A stretch of DNA of 64,000 bases, from positions 1,922,001 to 1,986,000 of the forward strand of contig MU058221.1 of NCBI GenBank assembly GCA_013265495.1, in the 5' to 3' direction. Of the stretch, positions 12,801-26,762 are shown piece after piece (position 1 is the first letter of the stretch; every line of letters starts with the position of its first letter). The notes beneath the pieces were generated by a model that saw only the letters and a list, made by a program, of their open reading frames with translations, ran no database searches and was not told where the DNA came from. Both the position numbers and the translations under genes were made by a program. This DNA is from Vicugna vicugna (taxonomy: Eukaryota).

Positions 12801-15800
12801 CGAGGGGTGTAGGTACTGATACAGGAGTGCACACGCGAGGGAGTGTGACTGCATTTCTAAAAGATAATGTTTGAGTTGCTAAAATCATATCAGCAAATGT
12901 TTTCCATGTCAACCCACCAAAAGGGCACCTACACTGAAAAGACCTAAAGGACGTTCTGAAATGTGTCATGTACACGGGATTTGGGAAGTGATTTCTTCAG
13001 AATTGTCAAGAATTCTACAGCCAGGTCACGGTGTGCTTGAAGATGATGAAGTGACCAATTTCTGTTCCACATCCGTGAAATGGACACGGTTAATGGGTGA
13101 ACCAGTGTTGCCCTCTGAGCCTACTTTGTCTCAGGAAGCGAAGTGACAGAGGTGGACCCAGACCCCAGTCCCTAGGGAGTGATTCCGCCCTAGGGCTTTG
13201 GGAGTGGCATCACAGGTGCTTAAATAAGCTTTTTGAGGCTCTCTGACCCCAGCGAATTTAGGCAGGTCAGAAAGAATGCTCTCTTGTCTTACTTCCTTGT
13301 AGCCTTTGTCCCAGATGTGTATGATGAGTGTGTTATTTTGCAATAGTACTACTGTGATAGAATTAAATTTAAAGATGATTATAGATGGAGTCATTGAGTG
13401 TACTTCAGTCCTTTGAAAGTTTCCTTCCTGACCACATCCCTCTGGTTAAGTAATTGATTTCTTTTCACCGTCATTTGACTGTTCTTGACATATGAACTTT
13501 CTAAACTCCCTTCTCTTGCTGGTTTCTGATAACAGAGTTCTGAACCACCCCAAACCTCCAGGCTCAATTCTGTACCATCTGCCTGTCACATATTTCATCT
13601 CCTCTCTCTCTCCCTCCCCGCCAGCCCTCTCTTTCTCTCTCTTTCCCTGAGTGTCACACCTCCCAGTCTTGACACACACCAGCACCAGATTTATTTTTCA
13701 TAGTTCTAATTTTCCTTGCTGAAAAATATTTGGTGCGTTTCTGTGGCTACCAAATTAAATCTAAGTACCTCCGCCTGCTGCTCAGAGCTCCCATGATCCA
13801 AGGTCAAGCTCATATTCCAGAAAGATGTTCTCTGCTCCTCCCTGTGAACCCACTGCGCTCGTTACTCTCCCATATGCCCCTTTTCTCCATCGCGGGCCCC
13901 TCAGGCCCATTTTCTACCCAGGAGACATCCTATGTGTTCTGTAGGGCCATCTAGTATGCATCCTCCCCTCCTACGGCCTTGTGTCTGAGTACTTCCGTGA
14001 TTCCATCTCGCTCTCCTCCTTTCCGGTGCCCCACTTGTGTTGTACCTTGTTGCCCTGGCTCCATCCACATCCCACTGCACAGCCCACACACTGGGCTGTA
14101 AGTGTCCTTTAAGCTGGTACAACTTATATTCATTTAAGGATCCTTTGCAATCTGTGTCAACAACTTAGTATATGTTCAGTAAATGTGGGAATAGTTCAGT
14201 AGACTTATTCAACTTAAATATATTTATCCTTTCAGACGTGAAGTGGATGGAAGGTTGTATAAATTTGAGGGTCTTTGGAAATGTCAACTTACAATATCTA
14301 AAAGGTTGACGGTTATTTCTTTGAGAATTAGGAAAAAGAAAAAACCTCAGTGAGTTCCCATGAGCTATTGTGTTGTGGAGTCTTAGATAATTTTTCTAAG
14401 ATCATAACCTTTGCATTTTGTCAATCAGTATATTAAAGAATACACAATTTGGTAATTATGGTATAGATTATGCGTGACAGAAGGAGCCCCTAAAATGATT
14501 AGTATCTTAATAACGTCATATGCTTGTAATGGTTTGGGAGTGCCTGGAGGAGCATGAAGAATGTGTCTTCTGTGCGAGACTAGTCCTTAACAATGCTTCA
14601 TTCAAAGCAAGTTCTGTAGGCCAGGAAACTTGGAAATGATTTGTTTATTCATTTGTTCATTTGTTTTAATAGTGTTTGAGAGTTTCTGTCATTAAGCAAG
14701 CAAACAGACCCAAAAACAAACAACAAATCACCTTTGAACTGCATTTAAATATCAGACATCCGGACACCTATATGCATTTGGCTAAATATCCAAAAAAACT
14801 AAAAAAAAAAACAAACAAAAAACAACCCTCTAAATCCTGCCTTTCTCTGCACAGTCCTGCTGTAGTAACTGGCACCCTGCAGAATATAGCAGAGGAAGTA
14901 CTGATCAGAGGCATTTACAAAGCTTCTTATTAATTATTTTTATTGCACAAGTAACATTATAGTCAGGGAACGTTTTCTGGAAAGAGAAATTGAACCCTTG
15001 TGTGTCACCACTGTGGCCAATGTTGTTTGCACCTCTGTATTGCCCTTCAGGCTTGTGTGTGTGCATTTTCAGCATGATTGTAACCATAGCAGGTGTGTGG
15101 TTTTAGGTTACTTCTAAAATTGACGAGTAGTTTCCAATTGTGATATACATTTTGTAATTATCTTGTAATGGCCACATATTTCATTGCATTTGAAAAATAT
15201 TGAGATGATTTCTGATTCTCATTTGCAGACATTTTAGAGACGAACACCTCTGTGTGCATAACTGTCTGTTTAGAAAATCAGCGTGAAGATTTCAGGGCTA
15301 CGCAGACTGAGTTGAAGGCTCGAGTGGGTGCGGCCGTGTTGTTTGCTGCAACTGTTCGGTCATTTCTGAAGCCTCCTGCCGCGTCTGGCCGTGCCCACGC
15401 CCTCTGCCGTCATGCTACCAACAGACACTCCATTCAGTTACTTCTGTTTAAGAAGTAATTCTAATTCAAGACACTTCTATTTAATTGACATGAAATAGAA
15501 ATTTGTGAACAGGCATTATGATTCTACAAGCTGATACAGATGAAAATTAGTTTATTATAAAAGTAATTCACGGATAACTTTTTGCTGCTCTTAACCCATG
15601 ACCCTCTAGACGAAGATGTGTTTGTTTTAGTGCTAACAGTGCTTTTGGCCTGAGCTGCTCTTTTTCATTTTTGACATTGTGCTTCTTTCCTCTGGTTTCT
15701 CGAATATAACATTGTTTCCGGCTTTGTGATAACGTCTCAATTGTATTCTAAGTAGCTTTACATTTGTGTAATTACTGGCTCCTCTTTAAAAAAACTATCA

Positions 15801-16415
15801 AGTTTTGGGAGAATATTTTTTTTCCATTTCTGGATTGTTCTGTTACCTCATTATAGGCAATTCATTGGTAAGAATTAGTTGAAAAAAACAACTTGTGGAA
15901 AATTCCTGCAAGAATAACCTAGGAAGAAATATATATGACTGTTTATTTGATAGCAAGTAGGGAAGACCTTTCTAAGGATAAAAAAGGAGAGAATTTAAAA
16001 GTTAACAATTGATAGATTAAATATGACATTCATTTTTAAATAGCATAAAGTAGTAAACTGCCTGTGAAAAATTTGAAATATATGGTGCACAAAGTCTTAA
16101 TCTGTTTCACAGTTAATGACCTCTTACAGATCAGTAAGTTAAAAGCCTCGAATAATTCTCGCGGAAAAAAAATAAGCTTTTTCTTCCCAGTGAGCATGTT
16201 TTGCCTTTGTAATCAGGAAAGAAGCAAATTTATACTGAGGAAAATGTTATGATAAATAAATAAACATGAAGCTGGACATTTTGCAGCTGTGCACCTTTCT
16301 AAGTCATTTATTCTTACTGTATCATGACGCAATCTTATGTATATTTATTTTTTAAAACAATCGCATCAGATATGAATGCTAGCAGAGTTTGAGTTTCAAG
16401 AGATTGATCAGGTAT

Positions 16416-16922
16416 TGTCATTGAGTCCAGACTCTTTCTGCTCACCACACAACAGGCCAATAAATCGGGAGATAAGGTGTTGGGGCAAGGAATAATGACT
16501 GTTCGGAAGCCAGCAGACTGAAAAGGTGGCAGACTCATGTCCTGGAGAACCATCTTCCCCAAGTCAGAAATGAGGCTCCTTTTATACTAAAAAGGGGAAC
16601 GGGTATGGTCGGCTGTTGCAAACGTCTCGGTGCAGGAATCCTTTGTTCTTGCAGCTGTCCGTGTGGGTCAGGTCATGGTGTCCCTGTAAACCTCCAACAA
16701 AACAAATGACATCTCTGTTCTGCGAGGTCTTATCTTTATATAAATGGGAAAATGTTAATACCCCTAAAGGCCAGAGCCCCGAGAACAGGCTCTCCTGTAT
16801 ATTTCAGGCTATAGGCAACCTTCTTTTACAGAAGGTGCAGAGCCAGTCCAGGCAACAAAGCACAGGGTTAGAGCCAGAGGAGCAGATCTAATGTGGAGTC
16901 AGATTTGTTCTTTTCTGTTATG
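16416..16922 (-). mobile_element. ERV1-class solo LTR, same family as 1828-2349
   Basis: Colinear similarity to 1828-2349 (CAGGCCAATAAATC, GGTGTTGGGGCAAGGAATA, GGAGTCAGATTTGTTCTTTTCTGTTA). No clean TSD. Confidence 0.88.
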
Positions 16923-18859
16923 CTTTGTCATTGTTGGCTCAACTGGCCATTCTTCCCTGCAGTGTCTTTCCCTTTTTGTGTATAGAGGGCTCAACTCCCC
17001 CCCACCCCCTAACATGGTTGTGTTGGTGAATTGGGAAAGTAATTCCTCACCAAGTGATTTGATCTGCTTGACCCCCCAACCTGCCTTGCCATGAAATGAC
17101 CACCATTTCTGGAAATCTGAGTCCAGTGCAGAGAAGCGGCCTTTGTGTCTCAGTGCTGTCCTCCAGATTTTGTCATCTCGTCTCTCGGAAAGCCGTGCCC
17201 GTGCTCGGTTCTTGCCTCCTTGTCACTTCATGCTGTTTCTTACGTCCTTGTATTGCGTTTAATCCTTTCATTCTTTTGTTCTTCGGGTTCCAATGTCTCT
17301 ACTTGGAATTTTTTCCAACATTTTCCAGTAGTGAGAGGAGTCACATATCTGACCTTAGGAAAACCCAACTTGAGTAGAAGGGAACTGGCTTCCTGGTGGG
17401 GCAACTTAAAAGTGTTTTTCCGTTGCGAACCAAATCCGTCTTGGTCACTGGGAATCATTCTTGCTCAAATTCAAGACTTCCCCCAGCAGCGCAGACTATT
17501 TGCTACCCACGCAGCTTGAAAATAGAACTTGGGAACCATCAGAACCGCTTTTTCCTTTTATACCATAAATACCACGTCATTACATTTACATCCTAGAAGA
17601 ATATCATTTTGTTCAACACGTTTATTGAATAACCCGCTGTGTCTCTTTTTTCCTCTCAAGAGGAAGTTATGTACGCACCTCATTTGGACACCACCAAGGT
17701 TTTAGATAATAGGGTCTTATAATTTTATAACCCAAATTTTAAATCTAGGTCCACTTTACATACGCATGGTTTAGTTCAGCTTCATTTAATAAAGAGAATA
17801 TAACAATTAATGACTCAACTTTTGGTAGAAAATGGGTAACCACGTTCATGCTAAGAGAGATGATTGCTATTTGAACTCTGTTTATTCCGTATACAGGTAG
17901 AAGACTGGGGTCACAAATGCATCCTTTAAACCACCAAGATAATTGGAAAAAAAACCTAATAAGGGAGAATGCAAATTAAAAAATTTTTCAAACTCTGTGT
18001 AACCTAAAAATTGTGGCCATATCAGCTTCTGGAAGGATGAAGGTGCAGCAGTACTTATTTAACAATTGATATCACTTAGGGGAAAAAAAAAACAATTCCT
18101 GTGTACTTTTCACCACAATGTGTCAAAATGAGGTATCTTTGAGAACCTTATATTTACTAGGTATAAAAGTACTTACTTTACTTTTATATGGTCTGAACTT
18201 TTATGTTTTCCCCTAACCCCAACCCCCCTTTTTCTAGAACTTGAACAAGCTGGTCCTGGTTATTCCAGACCTGGCATTCAGCGAGCCTTAGACTTCTTCA
18301 GAAACTACTGGGTTTTCCGATAGTGGTACGAAATATTGTGGAAGCACAGTGGATGGGAGGATGACGCGTTGAATGGGGTGAATTTGAAAAAATATGGGAT
18401 ATGGCCTTAATAGTGAGAAGCTTTTGAGAGGAGAAATAGGAGGTGGGGCTGGGAATGGTGGAGAGCTCCGGACAAATGGAGGGTGTGAACAGGCCCCGAG
18501 GAGGTCAGGGAACGTTGTGGCGAGGTGAGGCGTCTTGTATGCATGGCACTTAGGTCGCAGGAGGTCAGAGCTTGGTGGGGAAGAGGTTGGGAGCAGACTG
18601 TAGAGGTTTCTGAACGCTATCCTAAGGGATCTGGGCTTCACTTTTCTGCAAGGGGAAGCTGTCTAATTAATGTGTTCTAATGTCTGAAGCATGATATGAT
18701 GACTGTGAAAAGAGAGGATCTTAATTGGGAAAGGTGATGGCAGAGAAATCAATTAGGTGGCTGTGGCAGTTAAGTCAAGTGAAGCCTTCTGGGGATGTGA
18801 AGGAGGGCCACGTGCTTGAGAAAGGCGTCATCTGGAGACGTGGTCTGCTAAAACCAAAA

Positions 18860-19200
18860 TCAGGATCGGTAAGGATAAATCCAGGCTTCTTGTAGGCATG
18901 AAAACACCCAAATAATTGCACAGATCACGGTTAAGAAAAGACTAACCAGGCAGGCACAAGTACAGCAGTCAGAGACCTGGGAGTCCAGGAGGACCATATG
19001 GTGGATGTGAGTCAGCAGTGTTGTGCTGTTATTAAAAAACTGGAACCCACACTATTGGGGAATATATTAATAGGAGTGAGGCATGCGAATGGCAGGAGGT
19101 AGCCTGTCTGCCGTATGCAGAATTGTTCAAGCTTCTAACTTTTCTTGTGGACTCTGTTGGTCTTCACATGTCTAGGGGGTGTTTAGGAAGAGTGTGGAGG
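18860..19200 (+). mobile_element. L3/CR1 LINE ORF2 relic
   Basis: GAGACCTGGGAGTCCAGGAGGACCATATGGTGGATGTGAGTCAGCAGTGTTGTGCTG translates close to the CR1 motif (DLGVLVD..LNMSQQC). It is followed by ATTAATAGGAGT...GGAGGTAGCCTGTCTGCCGTAT. Confidence 0.7.
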
Positions 19201-20030
19201 CCTGGAGAAGGCCAGTTCAAATGCTAGAGGTGACAGAAGGTTCTGGGTCCTTGGGCTAAAGTTTGTAAAAGCTAATTCACAGTAAACCTTTTTTTTTTTG
19301 GCCTCAAGAGACCCATTGGTGCCATGGAAGTCGTCAGTGTGAATTCTAACACTTGAAAGAATTAAGCTCTCATGAAAGGCTCTCTTCAGGACACAGCGTT
19401 ATTCGCAGTCCCCTCCCGTTTTTATCCCTGTCATCATAGGTCGTGGGGGGCTTTATTAGGAGAGGCAGAGACAAGGAGGTCTTGAGGTGCTACGTTTATT
19501 CCCACCTGGACCTGTGACTGCCCTCAGTTGTCTGACCCTGTCATCTCCTCATAGTTTCATGGAACCATCAGCTAGGCAGGCCTTGGAAGCCCCTGCAATG
19601 GGGACTGGAGCTCCCCATCCTCTCACTCCTGATCAGTGAACCCCTCAGCTGGCCTCAACTGCATGGAAATTAGCGGCACTGTGCATTTCCAGCTCCCCCC
19701 CTTCTTCATCGGGTTAATGCCAGCCTACTTCGAGCTCCTGCCCAGTGTCACTTTTCAAGGAAACCTTCTCTGACTGCCCAGGCTGTCTCAGGTTCCTTGT
19801 CACACACTTTGAGAGAACCTGGCCTTTTTCTCATGGCACTTACCCTAATTAGCAATTACACACTCATTGATGTAATGATTCTAAAATGCCCTTCGTCCCC
19901 ACCGGGTTCCATGAGAACAGAAACAATGCCTCTGTCACAGAAGGGCGTGAGGAAGACAAGGAGAGAATGCAGAGATGCACTCACATCTTCGGGGCAGGTT
20001 TGGACCATTCACAGGGAAGCAGTACCTCTC

Positions 20031-20230
20031 AGTGGTCACAGTTGTGCACTCTGGGTCCAAATCCTGGGTCGGACACTTCTTTTCTTGGGCTGATTACTGA
20101 ACCTCTCTGTGCGCAATTGTCTCGTGTAAAATGGAGGTGATAATATTACTCACCTCTTGAGAGTTGCTGTGAGAGTCAGAAGCTTGATATTTGTAAAGCA
20201 CCTAGAACAGTGCTTGGCTCAGAGGAAGTG
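20031..20230 (+). mobile_element. MIR SINE
   Basis: MIR-core-like AACCTCTCTGTGCGCAATTGTCTCGTGTAAAATGGAGG...GTAAAGCACCTAGAACAGTGCTTGGC. Confidence 0.7.
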
Positions 20231-20374
20231 TGATGTGTGTCCCTGAAATGAATAGAACAGAAGCAAAGTTTTGCTGCTTGAGCTGACTCCATCTCCGTTT
20301 GGACTATCCGCCCTCTAAAGTCTCCCCACCCGAAATTACAAGAGTATTCATTGCATTCTTTTTTTATAAACATT

Positions 20375-21855
20375 ATTTATTATTATTATTATTATTTTAA
20401 TGGAAGCATAGTTACAGAGTGTCAGCAACAATGGGTCCGTTTCTGGTGCACAGCATAGTGTTTCAGTCATACAAGAGCATACATATGTTTATTTTCATAT
20501 ACTTTTTCACTGTAAGTTACTACATGATATTGAATATAGTTCCCTGTCTATACACTCTGAACTTGTTGTTTATCTGTTTTATATATATACATAATAATTA
20601 GTATGTGCAAATCTTGAACTCCCAGTTTATCTCTTTCCCCCCAGGTAACCATAAGTTTGTTTTCTACGTCTGTGAGTCTGTTTCTGTTTTGTAAATAAGT
20701 TTGTTTGTATTTTTTTTTTTTTTTTTAGAATTCACATATAAGTGATGTCATATGGTATTTTCCTTTCTCTTTCTGGCTTACTTCACTTAGAATGACAATC
20801 TCCAGGTCAATTCACATTGCAGCTAATGGCATTATTTTATTCTTTTTTATGGCTGAGTAGTATTCTATTGTATAAATATACCACAACTTCTTTATCCAGT
20901 CCTCTTGTTGATGGATATTTAGGTTGTTTCCCTGTCTTGGCTATTGTAAATAGTGCTGCTATGAACATTTGTGCATGTATCTTTTTGAATTAAGGTTCCC
21001 TCTGGATATATGCCTGGGAGTGGGATTACTGGATTATATGGTAAGTCTATTTTTAGTCTTTTAAGGAATTCCGTACTGTTTTCTATAACGGCTGCACCAA
21101 ACTACATTCCCACCAGCAGTGCAGGAGGCTCCCTTTTCTCCACATCCTCTCCAGCATTTATCATTTGTGGACTTTTGAAAGATGGCCATTCTGACTGGTG
21201 TGAGGTGATACCTCATTGTAGTTTTGATTTGCATTTCTCTGATAATTAGTGATATTGAGCATTTTTTCATGTGCCTATGGACGGACTATTTGTATGTCTT
21301 CAATGGAGAATTGCTTGCTTAGGTCTCTTCTGCCCATTTTTGGATTGGGTTGTTTGTTTTTTTCTTACTAAGTTGCATGAGCTGTTTATATATTCTGGAA
21401 ATGAAGCCCTTGTCAGCCTCATCATTTGCAAATATTTTCTCCCATTTGGTAGGTTGTCTTTTTGTTTTGTTTATGGTTTCCTTTGCTGTGCAAAAGCTTG
21501 TAAGTATAATTAGGTCCCATTTGTTAATTTTTGCTTTTACTTCTACTGCCTGGGTAGACTGCCCTAGGAGAACATTGCTAAGATTTATGACAGATAATGT
21601 TTTGCCTCTGTTTTCTCCTAAGAGATTTAGAGTATCTTTTGTTATGATACTGATTACTACAACATATTGAATATAGCTCCCTGTGTATATAAAACAAATT
21701 TTGTCTATTTTTATATATAACAGTTAATATTAGCTCAACTCCCAATTTGTCCCTTCCCACGCCTTTTCCCCCCAGTAGCCTAAAGATTGCTCACTATGTC
21801 TGTGAGTCTGTTGCTGTTTTGTAGATGAGTTCATCAGTGTCATCTTTTTTTCCCA
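20375..21855 (-). mobile_element. 5'-truncated L1 (3'UTR plus ORF2 end), adjoined by a second L1 3'UTR fragment at ~21640-21855
   Basis: Minus-strand ORF 21061-21270 ([29 protein letters not shown]...) is the canonical L1 ORF2 C-terminus. Confidence 0.92.
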
Positions 21856-23004
21856 ATGCATTCTTGTTGTAATCTTTTACCTTGGAGTCTCCTAACATAT
21901 GTCACGAATGCCACTTGCTTTATATAGTGCAGCTTTCCATTATTTTAACTAATCCATAGGACAAAAATATTTTAAAATAATAGTTATGTGTTCATAGCTA
22001 GTGCATTAAATAGATGATTTCATTACAGTGAAGCTAAAGTAAATATTTTTTGTGCTAAATATATAAATGAGTCAAATGGGACTCGATTTTCTTAAATATT
22101 ATTGAAGTCACTTCAAATTAAAAAATGAAGAGATTTGATTCTGTGAGGTTGCTTTGTGTAGTTCCTGGACATCATTAAGTCGTCAAGGATTTATTTATTT
22201 TTCTGAATATTTTTTAGTATTGACAGTTTGTCCTGCTTACCACAGGTTTGACCAAAGAAGGATCTTAATGCTGTCTGGAGAGTAGGAATTTGGTGCTTGT
22301 TACTCAATAGCTTTCTGATTGGTGTGATTAAATGTGTAATTTTAATGTTGTATTGATCAAAGGGTTTTGGATTGTTTGCTGTAATTTGGCATTTTGTACA
22401 TTGTCAGGTGCTCATGTGACATGGCCTGAGGGAATATTTCTTTGTTAGGTTTTGAATCTAAAATGGTAATTGTGTTTACCTATGTGTGTTTTCTCAACAC
22501 TTTCAACTTTGGGAGTTTATGGCGGACAGTATGCTTAGTAACGAAGTGGATGTGTGCCTAGTCCAAACTCCTAGGGCTTAGGAGTCGATTAAACAGGTAA
22601 TTTACACTGCTTAGTGCCTGTTTACTAGAACGGTACCTTTAAGAACATCCGAAGTTTGCGTTTTCCCAGTCTTCATCATTTTTATGGAATATTTGACCTG
22701 ATCTTTGTGGTGATAGTTTTTAAATGTTAGAAAACTAATAATGCTATTCAACTGAAAGCTTTCTGGCCTTCTGATTTCTTTTGTATTTAGCTAGGGGAGA
22801 AAAAAAAAGAATGCTTTATATTTCTCCAACTGAAATGCACCAAGCCTTTTAGACTCAAAGAACTCTATGCTGTGTGAGCGTTCTCAGGGCTGTGGGACGC
22901 GCCTTGAGGACCGGAAGGGCGTTCTCTGGCTGCTGTCATTTCCATTTTTCATCCCCCCTGTGTGGGGTGTTGTCATCAGCCTTTTAATGTTGAAAGAAAG
23001 AAAT

Positions 23005-23048
23005 TTTGTGTTATAGAATGTAACATGTGTTACATTCTGTAACACAAA
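23005..23048. repeat. Near-perfect 44-bp palindrome (21-bp arms, 2-nt spacer)
   Basis: TTTGTGTTATAGAATGTAACA-TG-TGTTACATTCTGTAACACAAA, with one T:G mismatch. Confidence 0.9.
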
Positions 23049-23452
23049 TAACATTCTGTGTTATCTGACATTGAAAGGAGAAGATTCGTTCAAAAATCAC
23101 CATTCTGTGTGGAATTCTCTCTGTTGAGTTTTGCAAACTTAAGCAGCAGAACTTTTCCTGTTTGTGTTTATTCTTTGAGGGTTTTTGTTGTTGTTTGTTG
23201 TTGTTCCTGTGAATTAAATGTTTGAAATTAAGTTGCACACTTTTAGACAGAATATCTCCATTTTTTGGTATGTGTTGAGCTTTGGACCCAAACCCCTAGA
23301 TTCAAATCTTATCTCTGTTGAGCACTAGCCCTGGGTAAATCTAATGAGCATTTCTGAGCCCCAGTTGACTTATCTGTAGAATGAGGTAATCATGCCCACC
23401 TGCAGAGTTGTTGTAAGGATTAGGGATAATGCATACAAAATTCATAGCATAG

Positions 23453-23627
23453 CGGGGAGGGTACAGCTCAACTGGCAGAGCACATACTTAGCAGGCACGA
23501 GGTCCCAGGTTCAGTCCCCAGTACTGTCTCTAAAAATGAATAAACCAATAAACCTAGTTACCCCCCCATTTAAATAAATAAATAATTTAAAAATTAAATT
23601 AAATTAAAAAGAATGTTAAAAATAAAT
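23453..23627 (+). mobile_element. Vic-1-like SINE inserted into a MIR
   Basis: tRNA-like head GGGGAGGGTACAGCTCAACTGGCAGAGC...GGTTCAGTCCC, an A-rich tail, and a perfect 16-bp TSD AAAATTCATAGCATAG (23437-23452, 23628-23643). The flanks are MIR-like. Confidence 0.9.
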
Positions 23628-24187
23628 AAAATTCATAGCATAGTACTTGAAGCATTATCATAAATTATTCATAAATTACTGTCTTACATATGTTAGAATA
23701 GAATGGGGCTGTTTTAACTTTGGAAATCTTATACACACATTAATTCTAAAAAGGCACTATCTGCTAGTGAATTGGTCAAAACTGTCAAAAAGGAACATTT
23801 CTTTTATAATTTACTGTCTTTTTTACCATGATAAATGCTTAATGCAATATGCTATTAAGAAATGTTAACAAATAGTCAAAATTTAGAGGAGTTTAGTAAA
23901 TTTAATGAATATCAAAATAGTCTTATGTGTCTTCTACCATTTTAAGTATCGAATGTTTTTTTCTTAATTTCTAATTCCTTTTCAACCATTTATAAATGTC
24001 CTTTTTAAATTTATGGGCCATCATTTTGGCCACCTTGTATTGACTGTTTTCGCTCTGCCAACTTTTCTTCAATAATTCAGCTTCTTCTGTCAACCTGGTT
24101 GAACTTGTTTTTAAATGCAGTGGTTTTATACTTGACTAGCAAATAAACATCACTTTATTGATGACCATATTTGAACATGGGATTTTA

Positions 24188-24729
24188 TTTTTTAAATTTT
24201 TTTTATTGAAGTATAGTTAGTTTACAATGTGTCAGTTTCTGGTGCACAGCACAATGTCCCAGTCATGCATATACACACATATCTTTGTTTTCATATTTTT
24301 TTTCATTAAAGGTTATTACAAGACATTGAACATGGTTCCCTGTGCTATACAGAAGAAACTTTTTAAAAAATCCATTATTATATATGTAGTGACTAACATT
24401 TGCAAATCTCAAACTCCCAAATTTATCCCTTCCCACTCCATTTCCCTGGTAACCATTAGATTGTTTACTATGTCTTTGAGTCTGTTTATTTTGTAGATGA
24501 GTTCATGGTGGCCTTTTTTCTTTTCTTTTAGATTCCGTGTATGAGTGATATTATATGGTATTTTTCTTTCTCTTTCTGGCTTACTTCACTTAGAATGACA
24601 ATCTTTAGGTCCATTCATGTTGCTGTCAATGGCATTATTCTTTTTTATGGCTGAGTAGTATTCCATTGTATAAATACACCACAACTTCTTTATCCAGTCC
24701 TCTGTTGATGGACATTTAGGTTGCTTCCA
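24188..24729 (-). mobile_element. 5'-truncated L1 3' end
   Basis: Poly(T) start and L1 3'UTR similar to the other copies, with a 16-bp TSD TGAACATGGGATTTTA (24172-24187, 24730-24745). Confidence 0.9.
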
Positions 24730-26254
24730 TGAACATGGGATTTTAAAATACAAATCATTTCATAAGCTACACAACAGTGCAGAACTGTCTGGAAACAGTC
24801 CATGGTATCTATCTGCTTTATCAAGTCCATTCCATACCTTCATCATGAAATCAGAATTTCATTAACATCAATTTGGAGATATTAAGGAATAAAGAAAAGA
24901 CTTCTTGATTTAAATTTCTTGCTATAAAATTATTAGAGTAGAAAATGGCTGTGGTCATTGTAGTACATCAGTTGAGTTTGTAGGTCGAGTCCAGAAAAGT
25001 CAGTCCATAACCTCCTGAGATGGAGACCTAGCACACAGTGACTTTCTTTGCATGAGAACCTGTACATATTACCTCCTTTCCTGTAAGCAAAGCAGTTGAA
25101 ACAAATTCGTTTGGATAAAGGGAATGGGTTAAAGTTGAATTTAGCGTTTCCATCAAGTAGGGAAATTTCTGATGTTAGAAGGTAACTCCACTGGTTTGTA
25201 TATTGGATGCCAGGACAAAGTCCTTCTCTGGCCCAGCAGATTCAGACAAGGTCCACTGGCTTTGCTGGTGAGCAGTTTTTGACAGTTCAGGGACACTGCA
25301 GGACTAGGCTTCAGTGACTTGGTAGGAACATATAATAACACCAGAGCTATTTCATGGTGACACCAAGAAGGTGGATTTGTCATGGGGTGCAGGCTGGAGA
25401 TGGGTCACTTCTTAGATTCTGTCGGTCACACAAGGAAGATGCTTATCAAGTATTTAGAGTCCATGTAGCCTTACTGAAATATCTCCTTGGCTTTCTTCTT
25501 GCCTTGAGTTCTGAGGCTCCCAAGCTCACAGGGGCAGACACTGGAATAGCAAGCAAGTGGCTTTCAAATAGAAGACTGCATTTAGGAACATCAGTTTGCT
25601 CTAAAGGTTGGGGCCAAAAGATAGAACCATTATCTTATGATCCAACTGGAGTGTAAAGGCTAAGGTAACTCAGCTAGTTAGGGGAAGAGGTGGAGTTTTA
25701 ACCTGGAGAGTCAGGCTCAAGCCTTACTCTTAGCTATTTTTTTTTTTTAATAAAGATAAAAGACTAACTTGAGAATGATGGGGGAGGAGGGGCGGAAGCC
25801 TACACAATGTTGTGTTTATCACATGAGCACAATTAACTATACATACTATCCAGATACATATTCCAAATCAAGCGACACCTTTCCCTGAACTCCCATTGTT
25901 TCTTCTGGGTCCCAAGTTACATCAAATTCCTGGGTTCTTAAATTCTCAGGAGTTTTCAAACTATGTCTCGAGGAGTAGCACTCTGACTCCTATGAAATGT
26001 CTCAAAGCGGGAGCAGTCCAGTGAACCACTGCATGCTAATTCCCTGGAACGTTAGCTTCCTTCCTGTATTGCAAGAACTGTGTACAATTCTTGGTCTTCT
26101 CAGCAACAGCACTCCCCATAGTAGCATTTTTACTTATTTATCTTCCTGAAGAAGATAATGAACCTGGGTCATCTCTCAACAATAACTTGCCTACGGAATA
26201 GTTCCTTTTCAGATTCAAGCCTTAAGGCTTGATCAAGAATGCTTCCAGGCCAGC

Positions 26255-26762
26255 AGCCTGAAGTGTCTATCAACAGAGGACTGGATAAAGAAGGTATCTG
26301 TGTGTAACTGAGGCATAGGAAAGAATGGAATCTTGCCACTTGTAGCAACATGGATGGACTTGGTCTTACGCTAAGATCAGATAGAGAAAGACAAGTAGCA
26401 CATGATCTCACTTATATGTGGAATGTAACAGAAAAAGCAAAGCAGACAAGCAAACAAAACCAAACAGAAACAGACTTACCAGCAAGTCAACCGGTGGTTG
26501 CCAGAGAGAAGAAGGTGAACGGCTGGGCATATATGTGAAAGGGATTAAGAGGTACCAAATTCCAGTTATAAAATAAGTAAGTCATGAGAATGTGGCATAC
26601 AGGATGAGGAATATACTCAATACTACTGTAATAATTTTGTGTGATGACAGGTGATCACTAAACTTAATGTGGTGATCATTTCTCAACATATTTAAATGCT
26701 GAATCACTATGTTGTACGCCTGAAATTAACGTAACACATGTCAACTGTGCATCAGCTAAAAA
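26255..26762 (+). mobile_element. L1MA-type 3' end
   Basis: GTGTCTATCAACAGAGGACTGGATAAAGAAG, CATGATCTCACTTATATGTGGAAT and GAATCACTATGTTGTACGCCTGAAA. Confidence 0.8.

Noticed and set aside
1828..16922. Full provirus bounded by two LTRs
   Set aside because: The first LTR has its own 4-bp TSD, and there is no gag/pol/env-like sequence between the two.
17095..17595. Possible degenerate minus-strand coding exon (…LLLKLGFPKVRYVTP…)
   Set aside because: It looks vaguely coding, but I could not match any protein and there are stops in all frames. It needs BLASTX.
22590..22624. Small hairpin TAAACAGGTA...TGCCTGTTTA
   Set aside because: A stem of only about 10 bp is expected by chance in 64 kb.
23453..23530. 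tRNA gene
   Set aside because: The tRNA-like head belongs to a SINE with an A-rich tail and TSD; the same applies to the other four copies.
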